Position numbers and translations under genes: made by a program. A stretch of DNA of 53,675 nucleotides from Bacteroidales bacterium (GTDB lineage Bacteria; Bacteroidota; Bacteroidia; Bacteroidales; Dysgonomonadaceae), in assembly GCA_012840785.1 (NCBI GenBank), contig DUVZ01000083.1:1-53675 (forward strand), read 5' to 3'. Shown here piece by piece: positions 9,824 through 18,713 of this stretch; the stretch's first letter is position 1, and every line of letters begins with the position of its first letter. The notes under the pieces were generated by a model. The model was not told the origin of the DNA. It made no database searches and saw nothing but the letters and a program-made list of their open reading frames with translations.

Positions 9824-10699
9824 ATGAAAGTAGGAATAATACAACAAGCCAATACAGCTAATATAGAAGAGAACATTGAAAAACTATCAGCATCTGTTCG
9901 CTCGCTTGCACAGCAAGGAGCAGAGTTAATTGTGATGCAGGAGATACACAATGGTTTGTACTTTTGTCAAACAGAAGACACCGATGTGTTTGATCAAGGC
10001 GAAACTATTCCTGGACCATCTACCAACTTATTTGGTGCATTGGCAAAGGAGTTAGAAGTAGTAATTGTGTTATCGTTGTTCGAGAAGCGTGCCCCTGGAT
10101 TGTATCACAACACAGCTGTGGTAATGGAAAAGGATGGTAGCATTGCCGGTAAATATCGAAAGATGCACATCCCTGACGACCCTGCTTATTACGAAAAATT
10201 TTATTTCACACCTGGTGATATGGGTTTTGAGCCCATCGACACATCGGTTGGACGTTTAGGATTGCTCATTTGCTGGGATCAATGGTATCCGGAAGCTGCT
10301 AGACTAATGGCGTTGGCTGGTGCAGAGGTGTTGATATACCCAACAGCTATTGGCTGGGAATCGTCGGATACTGAAGATGAGAAACAACGCCAATTGGATG
10401 CATGGGTTACTATACAGCGCAGTCATGCTGTAGCAAATGGCTTGCCCATGATATCGGTAAACCGTACTGGTTACGAACCCGATCCATCGGGTCAGACAAA
10501 TGGTATTACCTTTTGGGGAAACAGCTTTGTGTGTGGACCACAAGGAGAGCTACTTTACACAGCACCTCATCACGAGGATGTAAACTACATTGTGGAGATA
10601 GACAAAACGCGCACAGAGAATGTGCGCCGCTGGTGGCCCTTTTTCCGTGATCGTCGCATTGATGCTTATGATGAATTGACGAAAAGGTATATTGATTAA
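9824..10699 (+). CDS. aguB: Carbon-nitrogen hydrolase, N-carbamoylputrescine amidase-like
   Basis: 291-aa ORF with a nitrilase-superfamily Glu-Lys-Cys triad context (VMQE.., YRKMHIPDDP.YYEKFYF.PGD, LICWDQWYPEAAR). Confidence 0.75.
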   Translation: MKVGIIQQANTANIEENIEKLSASVRSLAQQGAELIVMQEIHNGLYFCQTEDTDVFDQGETIPGPSTNLFGALAKELEVVIVLSLFEKRAPGLYHNTAVVMEKDGSIAGKYRKMHIPDDPAYYEKFYFTPGDMGFEPIDTSVGRLGLLICWDQWYPEAARLMALAGAEVLIYPTAIGWESSDTEDEKQRQLDAWVTIQRSHAVANGLPMISVNRTGYEPDPSGQTNGITFWGNSFVCGPQGELLYTAPHHEDVNYIVEIDKTRTENVRRWWPFFRDRRIDAYDELTKRYID

Positions 10700-10715
10700 A
10701 ATAGATTTGTAAGTA

Positions 10716-10743
10716 GTAGAGAGAACTCAAAAGTTCTCTCTAC
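10716..10743 (+). terminator. Perfect 11-bp stem hairpin downstream of the amidase gene
   Basis: gtagagagaac-tcaaaa-gttctctctac. The trailing T-run is weak (ttgcattt), so termination efficiency is uncertain. Confidence 0.5.
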
Positions 10744-10817
10744 TTGCATTTAGATGTGTTTACCTCTAATAATATTACATTTATCAAGCAAAGCTGACAC
10801 TTATCTTACATAAATCA

Positions 10818-11229
10818 AATCCTACAGGTAAAATTTGACAGTCAATACATGAAACTCCAATCTACCACGTAAGATTTGACAGTCAAAACGTGAGAGCCAA
10901 ATCGGAGGTGTATGATTAGACAATCAAAGCTTGAAACTCCAATCGGAAGTGTAAGATTCGACAGTGAAGAGATGAAACTCTAATCGGAGGTCTACGATGC
11001 TACAATCAAGAGCCACTCAGTAAAATCGGAGGCGTAGGATTCCACAGTCAAGGTATAAAATTCTAATCTACCACGTAAAATTTGACGATGAAGGCATGAA
11101 ACTCTAATTTACCATGTAGGATTTGGAAATCAAGACATAAACCTTCAATTCTATGGGTAAGAAAAGGTTTTCATTTCTATAATAGTAAAATCCTGCAAGA
11201 AGGTGGAAAATAGGGATACCTCCTGTTAT
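10818..11229. repeat. Degenerate tandem array, about 10 units of 41 bp
   Basis: Unit starts are at 10818, 10859, 10900, 10941, 10982, 11024, 11065, 11106, 11147 and 11189. Consensus: AATC-N6-GTAAGATTTGACAGTCAA-N5-TGAAACTCC. The last two units are strongly decayed. Confidence 0.85.
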
Positions 11230-11280
11230 CTTTTTAGCGCTAACAAGCTGCAAAATCACATTATCAAAACTATTTCTCTC

Positions 11281-12546
11281 TTATAGGTTCTGCACCAATT
11301 GCTCTGAAAACTCTGAAGTAGTAAGCGAGTGTCCATTAGTCATAAACCGAGCCAAATCGTGTGTAGCTATACCACTCTCAAACATACCTTCGAGGGCTTT
11401 TGTTATCAAATCTGCTGCTTCGTTCCATTTCATATATTCAAGCATCATCACACCAGAGAGTAGCATAGAGCAAGGGTTTGCCTTGTTCTGCCCAGCAATA
11501 TCGGGTGCATTGCCATGTGTGGCTTCAAATATGGCATGTCCAGTATTGTAGTTGATGTTTGCCCCTGGTGCAATACCAATACCACCCACCATGGCAGCCA
11601 ATTGATCGGATATATAATCACCATTCAAATTTAAAGTAGCAATTACCGAATACTCTTCGGGTTTTAATAGTGTGTTTTGCAAAAAAGCATCGGCTATCAC
11701 ATCTTTAATAAAAATCTTGCCTTGCTCTTCTGCCTCTTTATAAGATTTAACGGCAGCTGCCAATCCTTGCGCATTTTTTATTCTTACAAACGTATTATTG
11801 GTATATACTTCATTGGGGAACTCTCTTTCTGCCAGGGCATATCCCCATTTCTTAAATCCTCCTTCGGTATATTTCATTATATTGCCTTTGTGCACCAATG
11901 TTACAGAGGGAAGCTTATGCTCAATAGCATACTCAATTGCAGCACGCACCAATCGCTCTGTGCCTTCACTCGACACTGGTTTGATGCCAATAGAAGTTGA
12001 TTCAGGAAAACGAATATTTGCTACACCCATTTCATTTTTCAAGAAATCTAATACCTTCTTTACTTCTGGTGTACCTGCATTCCACTCTATTCCTGCATAA
12101 ATATCTTCGGTATTTTCTCTAAATATGGTAATGCTTACCTTCTCGGGGTTGAGTAGCGGAGTTGCCACACCTTTAAACCATCGCACAGGACGCAAGCATA
12201 CAAAGAGGTCGAGCTCTTGTCGTAATGCTACATTGAGCGAACGAATGCCCTCTCCAACTGGTGTTGTGAGTGGACCTTTTATCCCTACCAAATAATCTCT
12301 AAATCCTTGAACGGTCTCATCCGGCAACCAACTCCCTGTTCTAATATGAGCTTTTTCTCCAGCAAGCACCTCTTTCCACTCTATTTTTCTTTTGTCTCCA
12401 TAAGCTCTGTTCACAGCCTTATCGATAATCATTTTTACTGCCGACCATATTTCTTTACCTATTCCATCTCCCTCAATAAAAGGAATGGTTGGCTGGTTGG
12501 GTACAATAAGCTTGCTGTTTTTCAGTTCTATCTTTTTACCTGTCAT
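11281..12546 (-). CDS. icd: NADP-dependent isocitrate dehydrogenase
   Basis: Prokaryotic homodimeric IDH pattern ([66 protein letters not shown]). Start set at the ATG at 12546 (MTGKKIEL..) rather than the 18-codon longer track start. Confidence 0.95.
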   Translation of the reverse strand: MTGKKIELKNSKLIVPNQPTIPFIEGDGIGKEIWSAVKMIIDKAVNRAYGDKRKIEWKEVLAGEKAHIRTGSWLPDETVQGFRDYLVGIKGPLTTPVGEGIRSLNVALRQELDLFVCLRPVRWFKGVATPLLNPEKVSITIFRENTEDIYAGIEWNAGTPEVKKVLDFLKNEMGVANIRFPESTSIGIKPVSSEGTERLVRAAIEYAIEHKLPSVTLVHKGNIMKYTEGGFKKWGYALAEREFPNEVYTNNTFVRIKNAQGLAAAVKSYKEAEEQGKIFIKDVIADAFLQNTLLKPEEYSVIATLNLNGDYISDQLAAMVGGIGIAPGANINYNTGHAIFEATHGNAPDIAGQNKANPCSMLLSGVMMLEYMKWNEAADLITKALEGMFESGIATHDLARFMTNGHSLTTSEFSEQLVQNL

Positions 12547-12908
12547 GTCGATTGTATTTAATGTGATTAAATGATATTTAAAGCAAACTCTTTTAAGCAT
12601 TAAGAGTGTTTATAAAGAGATACTATTTAAACATCATTTTAAATATAAAGTTCAACTCTTTATAGGTTTCTAAAAACAGATTGCAGCCTAGATTGCAAAT
12701 CTTAACCCCTGTGATATATGCTTTCCTCAAAAACACCTTTAACTTAATGATAATAAGGCACATACTTTCTGAAACAGTATTTACACGCCATGCATTTTTG
12801 AAGCCCTTTTAAATAAAGTGAATTAAATAATAGTCCACTTTGAATATATTTTGTATTTTCGTGACAAAATCAGCCATTGTTGACTAATACACGTTAAAAT
12901 CATAAGTA

Positions 12909-14987
12909 ATGAGTGAAGAAGAAAAAGTAAAAGGACTACCCGAAAATGCTTCACGTGAGTTGAAGCCGGGAGAGGAGTACAAACCGTTGTTATCGCCGGA
13001 TAGAGAATATCCAGAGATAAACTTTAGATCGGTATCGTTGGGACTGCTTATGGCAGTGCTATTTTCAGCTGCTGCTGCCTATTTAGGTTTGAAGGTTGGG
13101 CAGGTGTTTGAAGCAGCCATCCCCATTGCAATTATAGCAGTAGGGTTATCTACAGCTACTAAACGCAAAAACTCATTGGGTGAGAATGTAATTATCCAAT
13201 CCATTGGGTCTAGTTCGGGAGTTGTTGTGGCAGGTGCAATCTTTACACTGCCTGCACTATTTATTTTACAAGCAAAACATCCTGAAATTACAGTTAGCTT
13301 TATGCAAGTGTTTGTGAGCTCACTATTGGGAGGTATCTTAGGGATTCTATTCCTGATTCCTTTTAGGAAGTATTTTGTAAAAGACATGCACGGTAAATAT
13401 CCATTCCCAGAAGCTACTGCTACTACGCAAGTATTGGTTTCGGGTGAGAAAGGTGGCGACCAAGCAAAGCCTCTACTGTTGGCAGGATTAATTGGTGGTC
13501 TGTACGACTTTATTGTTGCTACATTTGGTGGTTGGGCAGAAGTATTTACTACTCGTGTTGTGCCAGCAGGTATAGCTCTTGCTGATAAAGCAAAAATTGT
13601 GTTTAAGATGAATGTGGGTGCTGCTGTTTTAGGTTTAGGGTATATTGTAGGTCTTAAATATGCATCTATTATAGCTATAGGCTCGGCATTGGTATGGTTT
13701 GTTATTGTTCCTCTGCTACCTTTTGTAAGCGATGCAATGGCTACAACGCTAAACCCTGCTTTTATAGGTTCTATTAGCGATTTAGCACCCGAAGATATAT
13801 TCAGCACATTTGGTCGTCACATCGGTATTGGTGGTATTGCCATGGCGGGTGTTATAGGTATTATCAATTCGTGGGACATTATTAAAGGTGCAGTAGGTCT
13901 TGCAGCCAAAGAGATGGGTGGAAAACTTCCTGCTGCAGAAGCTAAGGTGAAACGCACACAACGCGACATCTCGATGAAGTTTATCTCTATTGCAGTAATT
14001 GTTACTTTAGTATTAACCTTCTTGTTTTTCTATTTTGGCGTATTAGAGTTCAACCTAATGCATGCTACTGTAGCTATTATAATTGTAGCCGTAATTGCCT
14101 TCTTGTTTACAACTGTTGCTGCAAATGCTATTGCCATTGTGGGTACCAACCCTGTATCGGGGATGACACTGATGACGCTAATTCTAGCATCAGTAATATT
14201 GGTAGCTATTGGTTTGAAAGGATCAACCGGTATGGTGGCAGCCATGATTATTGGTGGTGTTGTTTGTACGGCATTGTCAATGGCGGGTGGGTTTATCACC
14301 GACCTAAAAATTGGTTATTGGATAGGAACAACACCTAAAAAACAAGAGACTTGGAAGTTTTTAGGAACTTTGGTTTCAGCTGCTACAGTAGGTGGTGTTA
14401 TTATGCTTCTAAACAAAACATATGGCTTTGTAGGCGAAGGTTCATTGGTTGCTCCACAAGCAAATGCTATGGCAGCGGTAATAGACCCTCTAATGTCTGG
14501 AACTGGTGCACCATGGATACTATATGGAGCAGGTGCTATACTTGCAATTGTACTTACATTCTTAAAAATTCCAGCATTGGCATTTGCTTTGGGTATGTTT
14601 ATTCCTTTCGAATTGAATATACCGCTAGTTATTGGTGGTGCTATAAGTTGGTTCGTATCTACTCGTGGTAAAAACATTGCACTAAACAATGCAAGAAAAG
14701 ATAGAGGAACCTTATTGGCATCTGGACTCATTGCAGGTGGTGCATTGATGGGAGTTGTGAGTGCAGCTATCAAGTTTATCCAAGATATACCTGCCGAAGC
14801 AGCTATTAAAGCAGAAGGCGCTGTAAGCCCAGAGAGAATTACTGCAATCAAAAACAGCTACAGCTGGATTAACGAAAGCTGGGCAAACAGTAGTAATTCT
14901 GCTTGGATATGGTTGGCATTAGTAATGTTTATAGTATTGTGTGCTTACCTAGTTTGGGATTCTATGAGAGCTAAAATAGAAGACTAA
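12909..14987 (+). CDS. OPT-family oligopeptide transporter
   Basis: 692-aa polytopic membrane protein with 14 or more hydrophobic segments. It has the N-terminal ..ELKPGEEYKP..PE.NFRS.. and GLKVGQ../DLKIGYW.. motifs typical of bacterial OPT proteins. Confidence 0.85.
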   Translation: MSEEEKVKGLPENASRELKPGEEYKPLLSPDREYPEINFRSVSLGLLMAVLFSAAAAYLGLKVGQVFEAAIPIAIIAVGLSTATKRKNSLGENVIIQSIGSSSGVVVAGAIFTLPALFILQAKHPEITVSFMQVFVSSLLGGILGILFLIPFRKYFVKDMHGKYPFPEATATTQVLVSGEKGGDQAKPLLLAGLIGGLYDFIVATFGGWAEVFTTRVVPAGIALADKAKIVFKMNVGAAVLGLGYIVGLKYASIIAIGSALVWFVIVPLLPFVSDAMATTLNPAFIGSISDLAPEDIFSTFGRHIGIGGIAMAGVIGIINSWDIIKGAVGLAAKEMGGKLPAAEAKVKRTQRDISMKFISIAVIVTLVLTFLFFYFGVLEFNLMHATVAIIIVAVIAFLFTTVAANAIAIVGTNPVSGMTLMTLILASVILVAIGLKGSTGMVAAMIIGGVVCTALSMAGGFITDLKIGYWIGTTPKKQETWKFLGTLVSAATVGGVIMLLNKTYGFVGEGSLVAPQANAMAAVIDPLMSGTGAPWILYGAGAILAIVLTFLKIPALAFALGMFIPFELNIPLVIGGAISWFVSTRGKNIALNNARKDRGTLLASGLIAGGALMGVVSAAIKFIQDIPAEAAIKAEGAVSPERITAIKNSYSWINESWANSSNSAWIWLALVMFIVLCAYLVWDSMRAKIED

Positions 14988-15032
14988 ATATCTTTGACAA
15001 GTATATTTAATTATACAACTATATATAAAGGC

Positions 15033-15075
15033 GTTGGGGTTACTATTTATATGTACCCCAACCTTTTACTTTTTA
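15033..15075 (+). terminator. Rho-independent terminator after the OPT gene
   Basis: gttggggt-N14-accccaac, followed by cttttacttttt. Confidence 0.7.
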
Positions 15076-15104
15076 GGAACGAACTAAAATAAAATCTTGT
15101 TAAT

Positions 15105-17315
15105 ATGAAGAAGTTATTTCTACTCACCATTATTGCATCTATCACTCTATTGTCCTGTACTTCAACAAATAAAGAGACAATCTATGAGGATGAAGATTAC
15201 ACGCAATTTGTAGATCCATTTATTGGCACTGCATTTACAGGACACACTTTTCCAGGAGCAACCTATCCTTTGGGCATGGTGCAGCCGGGTCCGGAGACAG
15301 GAAACTTCTCATGGGACTACTGTGCGGGCTATGTGTATGGAGATCCAACTATAACGGGTTTTTCGCAAACACGACTCAATGGAACTGGTGTAACCGACCT
15401 TGGCGACTTGCTAATGCAACCTTTCTCGGGTGATAAACGCGACAATTTGCACAGTCAATACGACTTGATAAGCGAAGAGGCAACACCCGGATACTATGCA
15501 GTGCACCTTACAGACAACGATGTGAAAGTAGAGATAACAGCTGCACCTCATGTTGCATTTCATAAATATGTATTCAATAAAGAGAAGTCTGCTAATATAC
15601 TTGCCGACTTCCAAAGCGGATTGGTGTGGAGCAAAGAGCACATATATCAGCACATATTGGCAAACGAAATAAACTTCGAGGATGATAAAACTATTTCAGG
15701 TTATACCAGAAGAAGACAATGGGTGGAAAGAGAGTACTACTTTGTTATCGAGTTTGATAAATCGATTATCAGCAAAGAAGAGTTGGAAAAACAAGATCCT
15801 CGTGAAAAAGCTCCTCGCTACATATTAACCTTTGATATGCAGGGTGATGAAGAGCTGAATATGAAAATTGCCATGTCTTCTACCAGCATCGAAGCAGCAA
15901 AAGCTAATATGCAAGCCGAAGTGCCACATTGGGATTTTGCTACTGTACATGAAGATGCTGTGAGTGAATGGAACAGCTATCTATCGCGTATTCATATTGA
16001 AGGAACAGATACACAAAAGGTGAATTTTTATACTGCAATCTATCATCTGTTTATTCAACCCAACAACATAGCCGATGTTGATGGTAAATACATAGGACCC
16101 AATCGCATGGTGTCTCAATCATCCGATGGTAAGCACTACTCTACCCTATCGCAGTGGGACACTTTCCGTGCTGCATTTCCAATGTACACAATATTGAGTC
16201 CCGAGATGGTGCCTGGAATGGTGAACTCTATGCTCGATTTTAGCGAGCAGCAGGGTCACTTACCAGTGTGGGCATTGTGGGGACAAGAGACCTACACCAT
16301 GATTGGCAATCACTCTGTGCCCATGATTGTGGATGCATATCTAAAAGGATTTGAAGGATTTGACTATGAACGTGCTTACAACGAAATAAAGAAATCTATC
16401 GTAACTAGCACGCATCCAAAAACCAACTGGGATATATATGATAAATATGGCTACTATCCTTACGATTTGGTGAAACTTGAGTCGGTGTCGCGTGTTATGG
16501 AATCGAGCTTCAATGACTATGCTGCAGCTTTGATGGCACAGAAGATGGGGAAAGAGGAAGACTATGAATTCTTTATGAATCGCTCTGAGTTTTACAAGAA
16601 TGTGTACGACAAGGAATCGAAAGCAGTGAGACCAAAAGATAGCGCAGGGAATTTTATGACACCTTTCGACCCCTACGAACTAGCTCATGCAGACTCGCAA
16701 ATAGGTGGACACTACACCGAAGGTAATGCCCGTCAGTACACATGGCATGTGTTGCAAAACATTCCTGCATTAATAGACTTGATGGGTGGCAAAAAGGAAG
16801 CTGGAATACTTTTAGACTCGCTATTCTATACAACTAAAGAGACAACAGGAGATTTGGCTGATGTGACAGGTCTTATTGGTCAATATGCTCATGGCAACGA
16901 GCCTAGCCACCATATTACTTACATTTACCCCTATCTCGACCGTCCAAAAGAGGCGCAAAAGCTGATTCGTCAAATTAGTACAGACTTCTATAGAGCACAA
17001 CCCGATGGATTGATTGGAAATGATGATTGTGGACAAATGTCTGCTTGGTTTATTTTTTCATCAATTGGTTTCTATCCACTCGACCCTGTTAGTGGAGAGT
17101 ATGTAATAGGTGCACCACAAGTGCCTGCAGCAACTATTCCGTTGGCAAACGGTAAAACTTTTACAATGAAAACTGTAAACCTATCGGTATACAATCTTTA
17201 TGTTGATAAAATAGAGCTGAATGGCGAGCCTTATACCAAGAAGACCATTTCACATCAAGATATAATGGATGGTGCCAACTTGGTGTTTTATATGACAGAC
17301 AATGGTGAGGAGTAA
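15105..17315 (+). CDS. GH92-family alpha-mannosidase (lipoprotein)
   Basis: Lipobox LLSC; FVDPFIGT..GHTFPGATYPLGMVQPGPET at the N-terminus; YAHGNEPSHHI and GNDDCGQMSAW motifs characteristic of GH92. Confidence 0.93.
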   Translation: MKKLFLLTIIASITLLSCTSTNKETIYEDEDYTQFVDPFIGTAFTGHTFPGATYPLGMVQPGPETGNFSWDYCAGYVYGDPTITGFSQTRLNGTGVTDLGDLLMQPFSGDKRDNLHSQYDLISEEATPGYYAVHLTDNDVKVEITAAPHVAFHKYVFNKEKSANILADFQSGLVWSKEHIYQHILANEINFEDDKTISGYTRRRQWVEREYYFVIEFDKSIISKEELEKQDPREKAPRYILTFDMQGDEELNMKIAMSSTSIEAAKANMQAEVPHWDFATVHEDAVSEWNSYLSRIHIEGTDTQKVNFYTAIYHLFIQPNNIADVDGKYIGPNRMVSQSSDGKHYSTLSQWDTFRAAFPMYTILSPEMVPGMVNSMLDFSEQQGHLPVWALWGQETYTMIGNHSVPMIVDAYLKGFEGFDYERAYNEIKKSIVTSTHPKTNWDIYDKYGYYPYDLVKLESVSRVMESSFNDYAAALMAQKMGKEEDYEFFMNRSEFYKNVYDKESKAVRPKDSAGNFMTPFDPYELAHADSQIGGHYTEGNARQYTWHVLQNIPALIDLMGGKKEAGILLDSLFYTTKETTGDLADVTGLIGQYAHGNEPSHHITYIYPYLDRPKEAQKLIRQISTDFYRAQPDGLIGNDDCGQMSAWFIFSSIGFYPLDPVSGEYVIGAPQVPAATIPLANGKTFTMKTVNLSVYNLYVDKIELNGEPYTKKTISHQDIMDGANLVFYMTDNGEE

Positions 17316-17356
17316 AACCAACTAAGATTTTATAAGATTAAGGCTATAAAAAAAGG

Positions 17357-17394
17357 AAACCCGCTCTTACAAACATGTAGGGCGGGTTTTGTTC
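17357..17394 (+). terminator. Terminator after GH92
   Basis: aaacccgc..(17-nt loop)..gcgggtttt, followed by gttc. The loop is long. Confidence 0.5.
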
Positions 17395-17430
17395 TATATA
17401 GAAACGTTGTTATGATTGAAATTTAATCCA

Positions 17431-17683
17431 ATAATGCAAATGCATAATCACTTTTGACTGCTACAGAAGCTAATATTGCAACTGCATAACCACTTTCGTT
17501 TATTGCAGAGGCTAACATTACAAGTGCATATCCGCTCTTGTTTATTGCAGAAGCTAATATTGCAACTGCAGAAATGCTCTTGTTTGTTGTAGAAGCTAAT
17601 ATTGCAACTGCAGAAATACTTTCGTATAGCGTCGAAACCTATTATGCAGGTGGTTTATACTCTTTCGCAACTGATTAATTTCA
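17431..17683. repeat. Degenerate tandem array, 5-6 units of 42 bp
   Basis: Units start at 17431, 17473, 17515, 17557, 17599 and 17642. Consensus: ATATTGCAACTGCAGAAATGCTCTTGTTTATTGCAGAAGCTA. Unit 17473 vs unit 17557 = 33/42 identical by hand alignment. Confidence 0.85.
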
Positions 17684-17688
17684 GAAAT

Positions 17689-18567
17689 CTATAGCTTTCT
17701 ATATGCTTTACGAACCTCTTTCTTCTCATAAAAAGTAATAGCAATACCCAATAAGATGAGAGCACCGCCAATTGCCTTCTCAATAGTTATAACCTCATCA
17801 ATAAATATCCATGCCAATATACTTGCAAACACTACCTGACTCAGTAGTGAGAGTGAAAGACGGGTTGCTCGCATTCGTTTAGTAGCATAACTAATAAGCA
17901 ACCAAGCAAGTAGCTGACTCACCAATCCTTGTATCAAGAGAGAAGCCCATGCAGTTGAAGTAAATCCCCAAAGAGGCTGTTTTGCTGCAATATTTATTAT
18001 CAGTAAAAAAAGTGCACTGCTTGTGGAACTAAGGGTTATGAAAGAGACAACCTCCATTTTGTTTAAAACCTCTTTGCTAAGAAGTATATACAGGGCATAA
18101 AAAAAGCCTGAAAAGATACCTAAAGTAAACCCTCTATCGAATGATAAACTCAAGAAGACATCTATGCCTATAAATATAACTATTCCTATTATGGCAAAGA
18201 GCGTGCCTATCCAAAATGAGCGCCTTGGTTTGTTTTTGAAAAACAGAAATGCAATTACACCCACCCATATTGGGGCAAGGTTGGTAAGCAATGTGCCTTG
18301 TGTGGCAGTAGTTAGTTGAATAGATAGATTCCAGAAGGCAATATCTGCTGCAAACAATACTCCACATAGAGCAGCCAACAGACCTGTTTGCACAGAGGGA
18401 ACTTTTAATGACTTGGTGATGGTTACGTAACTCAACAGTGCTGTTGCAGCTATTGCCATCCTGTAAAAAGCCGAAGTTAATCCGGGTGTCAATTTCATGG
18501 CAACAATAACTGGAAACAATGATATAGATAAAATGCCTATAAATAGGGCTATGCGTGCTTTTTTCAT
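17689..18567 (-). CDS. EamA/DMT-family transporter
   Basis: 292-aa protein with about 10 TM helices arranged as two EamA-like halves. Confidence 0.8.
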   Translation of the reverse strand: MKKARIALFIGILSISLFPVIVAMKLTPGLTSAFYRMAIAATALLSYVTITKSLKVPSVQTGLLAALCGVLFAADIAFWNLSIQLTTATQGTLLTNLAPIWVGVIAFLFFKNKPRRSFWIGTLFAIIGIVIFIGIDVFLSLSFDRGFTLGIFSGFFYALYILLSKEVLNKMEVVSFITLSSTSSALFLLIINIAAKQPLWGFTSTAWASLLIQGLVSQLLAWLLISYATKRMRATRLSLSLLSQVVFASILAWIFIDEVITIEKAIGGALILLGIAITFYEKKEVRKAYRKL

Positions 18568-18641
18568 ATACTAATCTGAATTGTAATTATAATGAGAGGC
18601 AAAATTAATGCTTTTTTCATTATGTACGAGTATAAAACAAC

Positions 18642-18674
18642 AAATCGCTCCTCACATATTGTGAGAAACGATTT
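18642..18674 (-). terminator. Terminator after the glucan phosphorylase gene
   Basis: On the minus strand, an aaatcg..ctcaca-ata-tgtgag..cgattt composite stem is followed by gttgttttat. Confidence 0.55.
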
Positions 18675-18713
18675 GGACTGAATTTTACAATTGCTTTATG
18701 AGCAATTTAATTA

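Noticed and set aside
10818-11229. Possible CRISPR array (regularly spaced repeats in an intergenic region)
   Set aside because: The whole 41-bp period is homologous from unit to unit, so there are no unique spacers. The period is shorter than any repeat-plus-spacer unit. No cas genes or leader are nearby.
12547-12600. N-terminal extensions offered by the ORF track for icd (12600), murG (29607) and rnpA (3411)
   Set aside because: The extra residues are hydrophobic or atypical and are not part of the conserved N-termini. The internal ATGs (12546, 29529, 3387) give canonical starts: MTGKKIEL.., MKEKTT..HFIISGGGTGGH and MTNKEE...
13079-14851. Long antisense ORFs (242, 89 and 178 aa) inside the OPT transporter gene
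   Set aside because: They are shadow frames opposite a Gly/Ala/Val/Ile-rich membrane protein gene. Their products are low-complexity (Pro/Thr/Ala/Ile runs) with no recognisable motifs. The sense-strand gene is full length and well supported.
17431-17683. Possible CRISPR array or small protein gene in the 42-bp array
   Set aside because: This has the same problem as the 41-bp array: there are no spacers. The Cys-rich minus-strand frame (17654..17451) has no ATG/GTG/TTG and is out of frame with the upstream EamA gene. The plus frame has only an internal ATG giving about 35 aa. An open frame across a stop-free repeat unit is not strong evidence, so no CDS is called.
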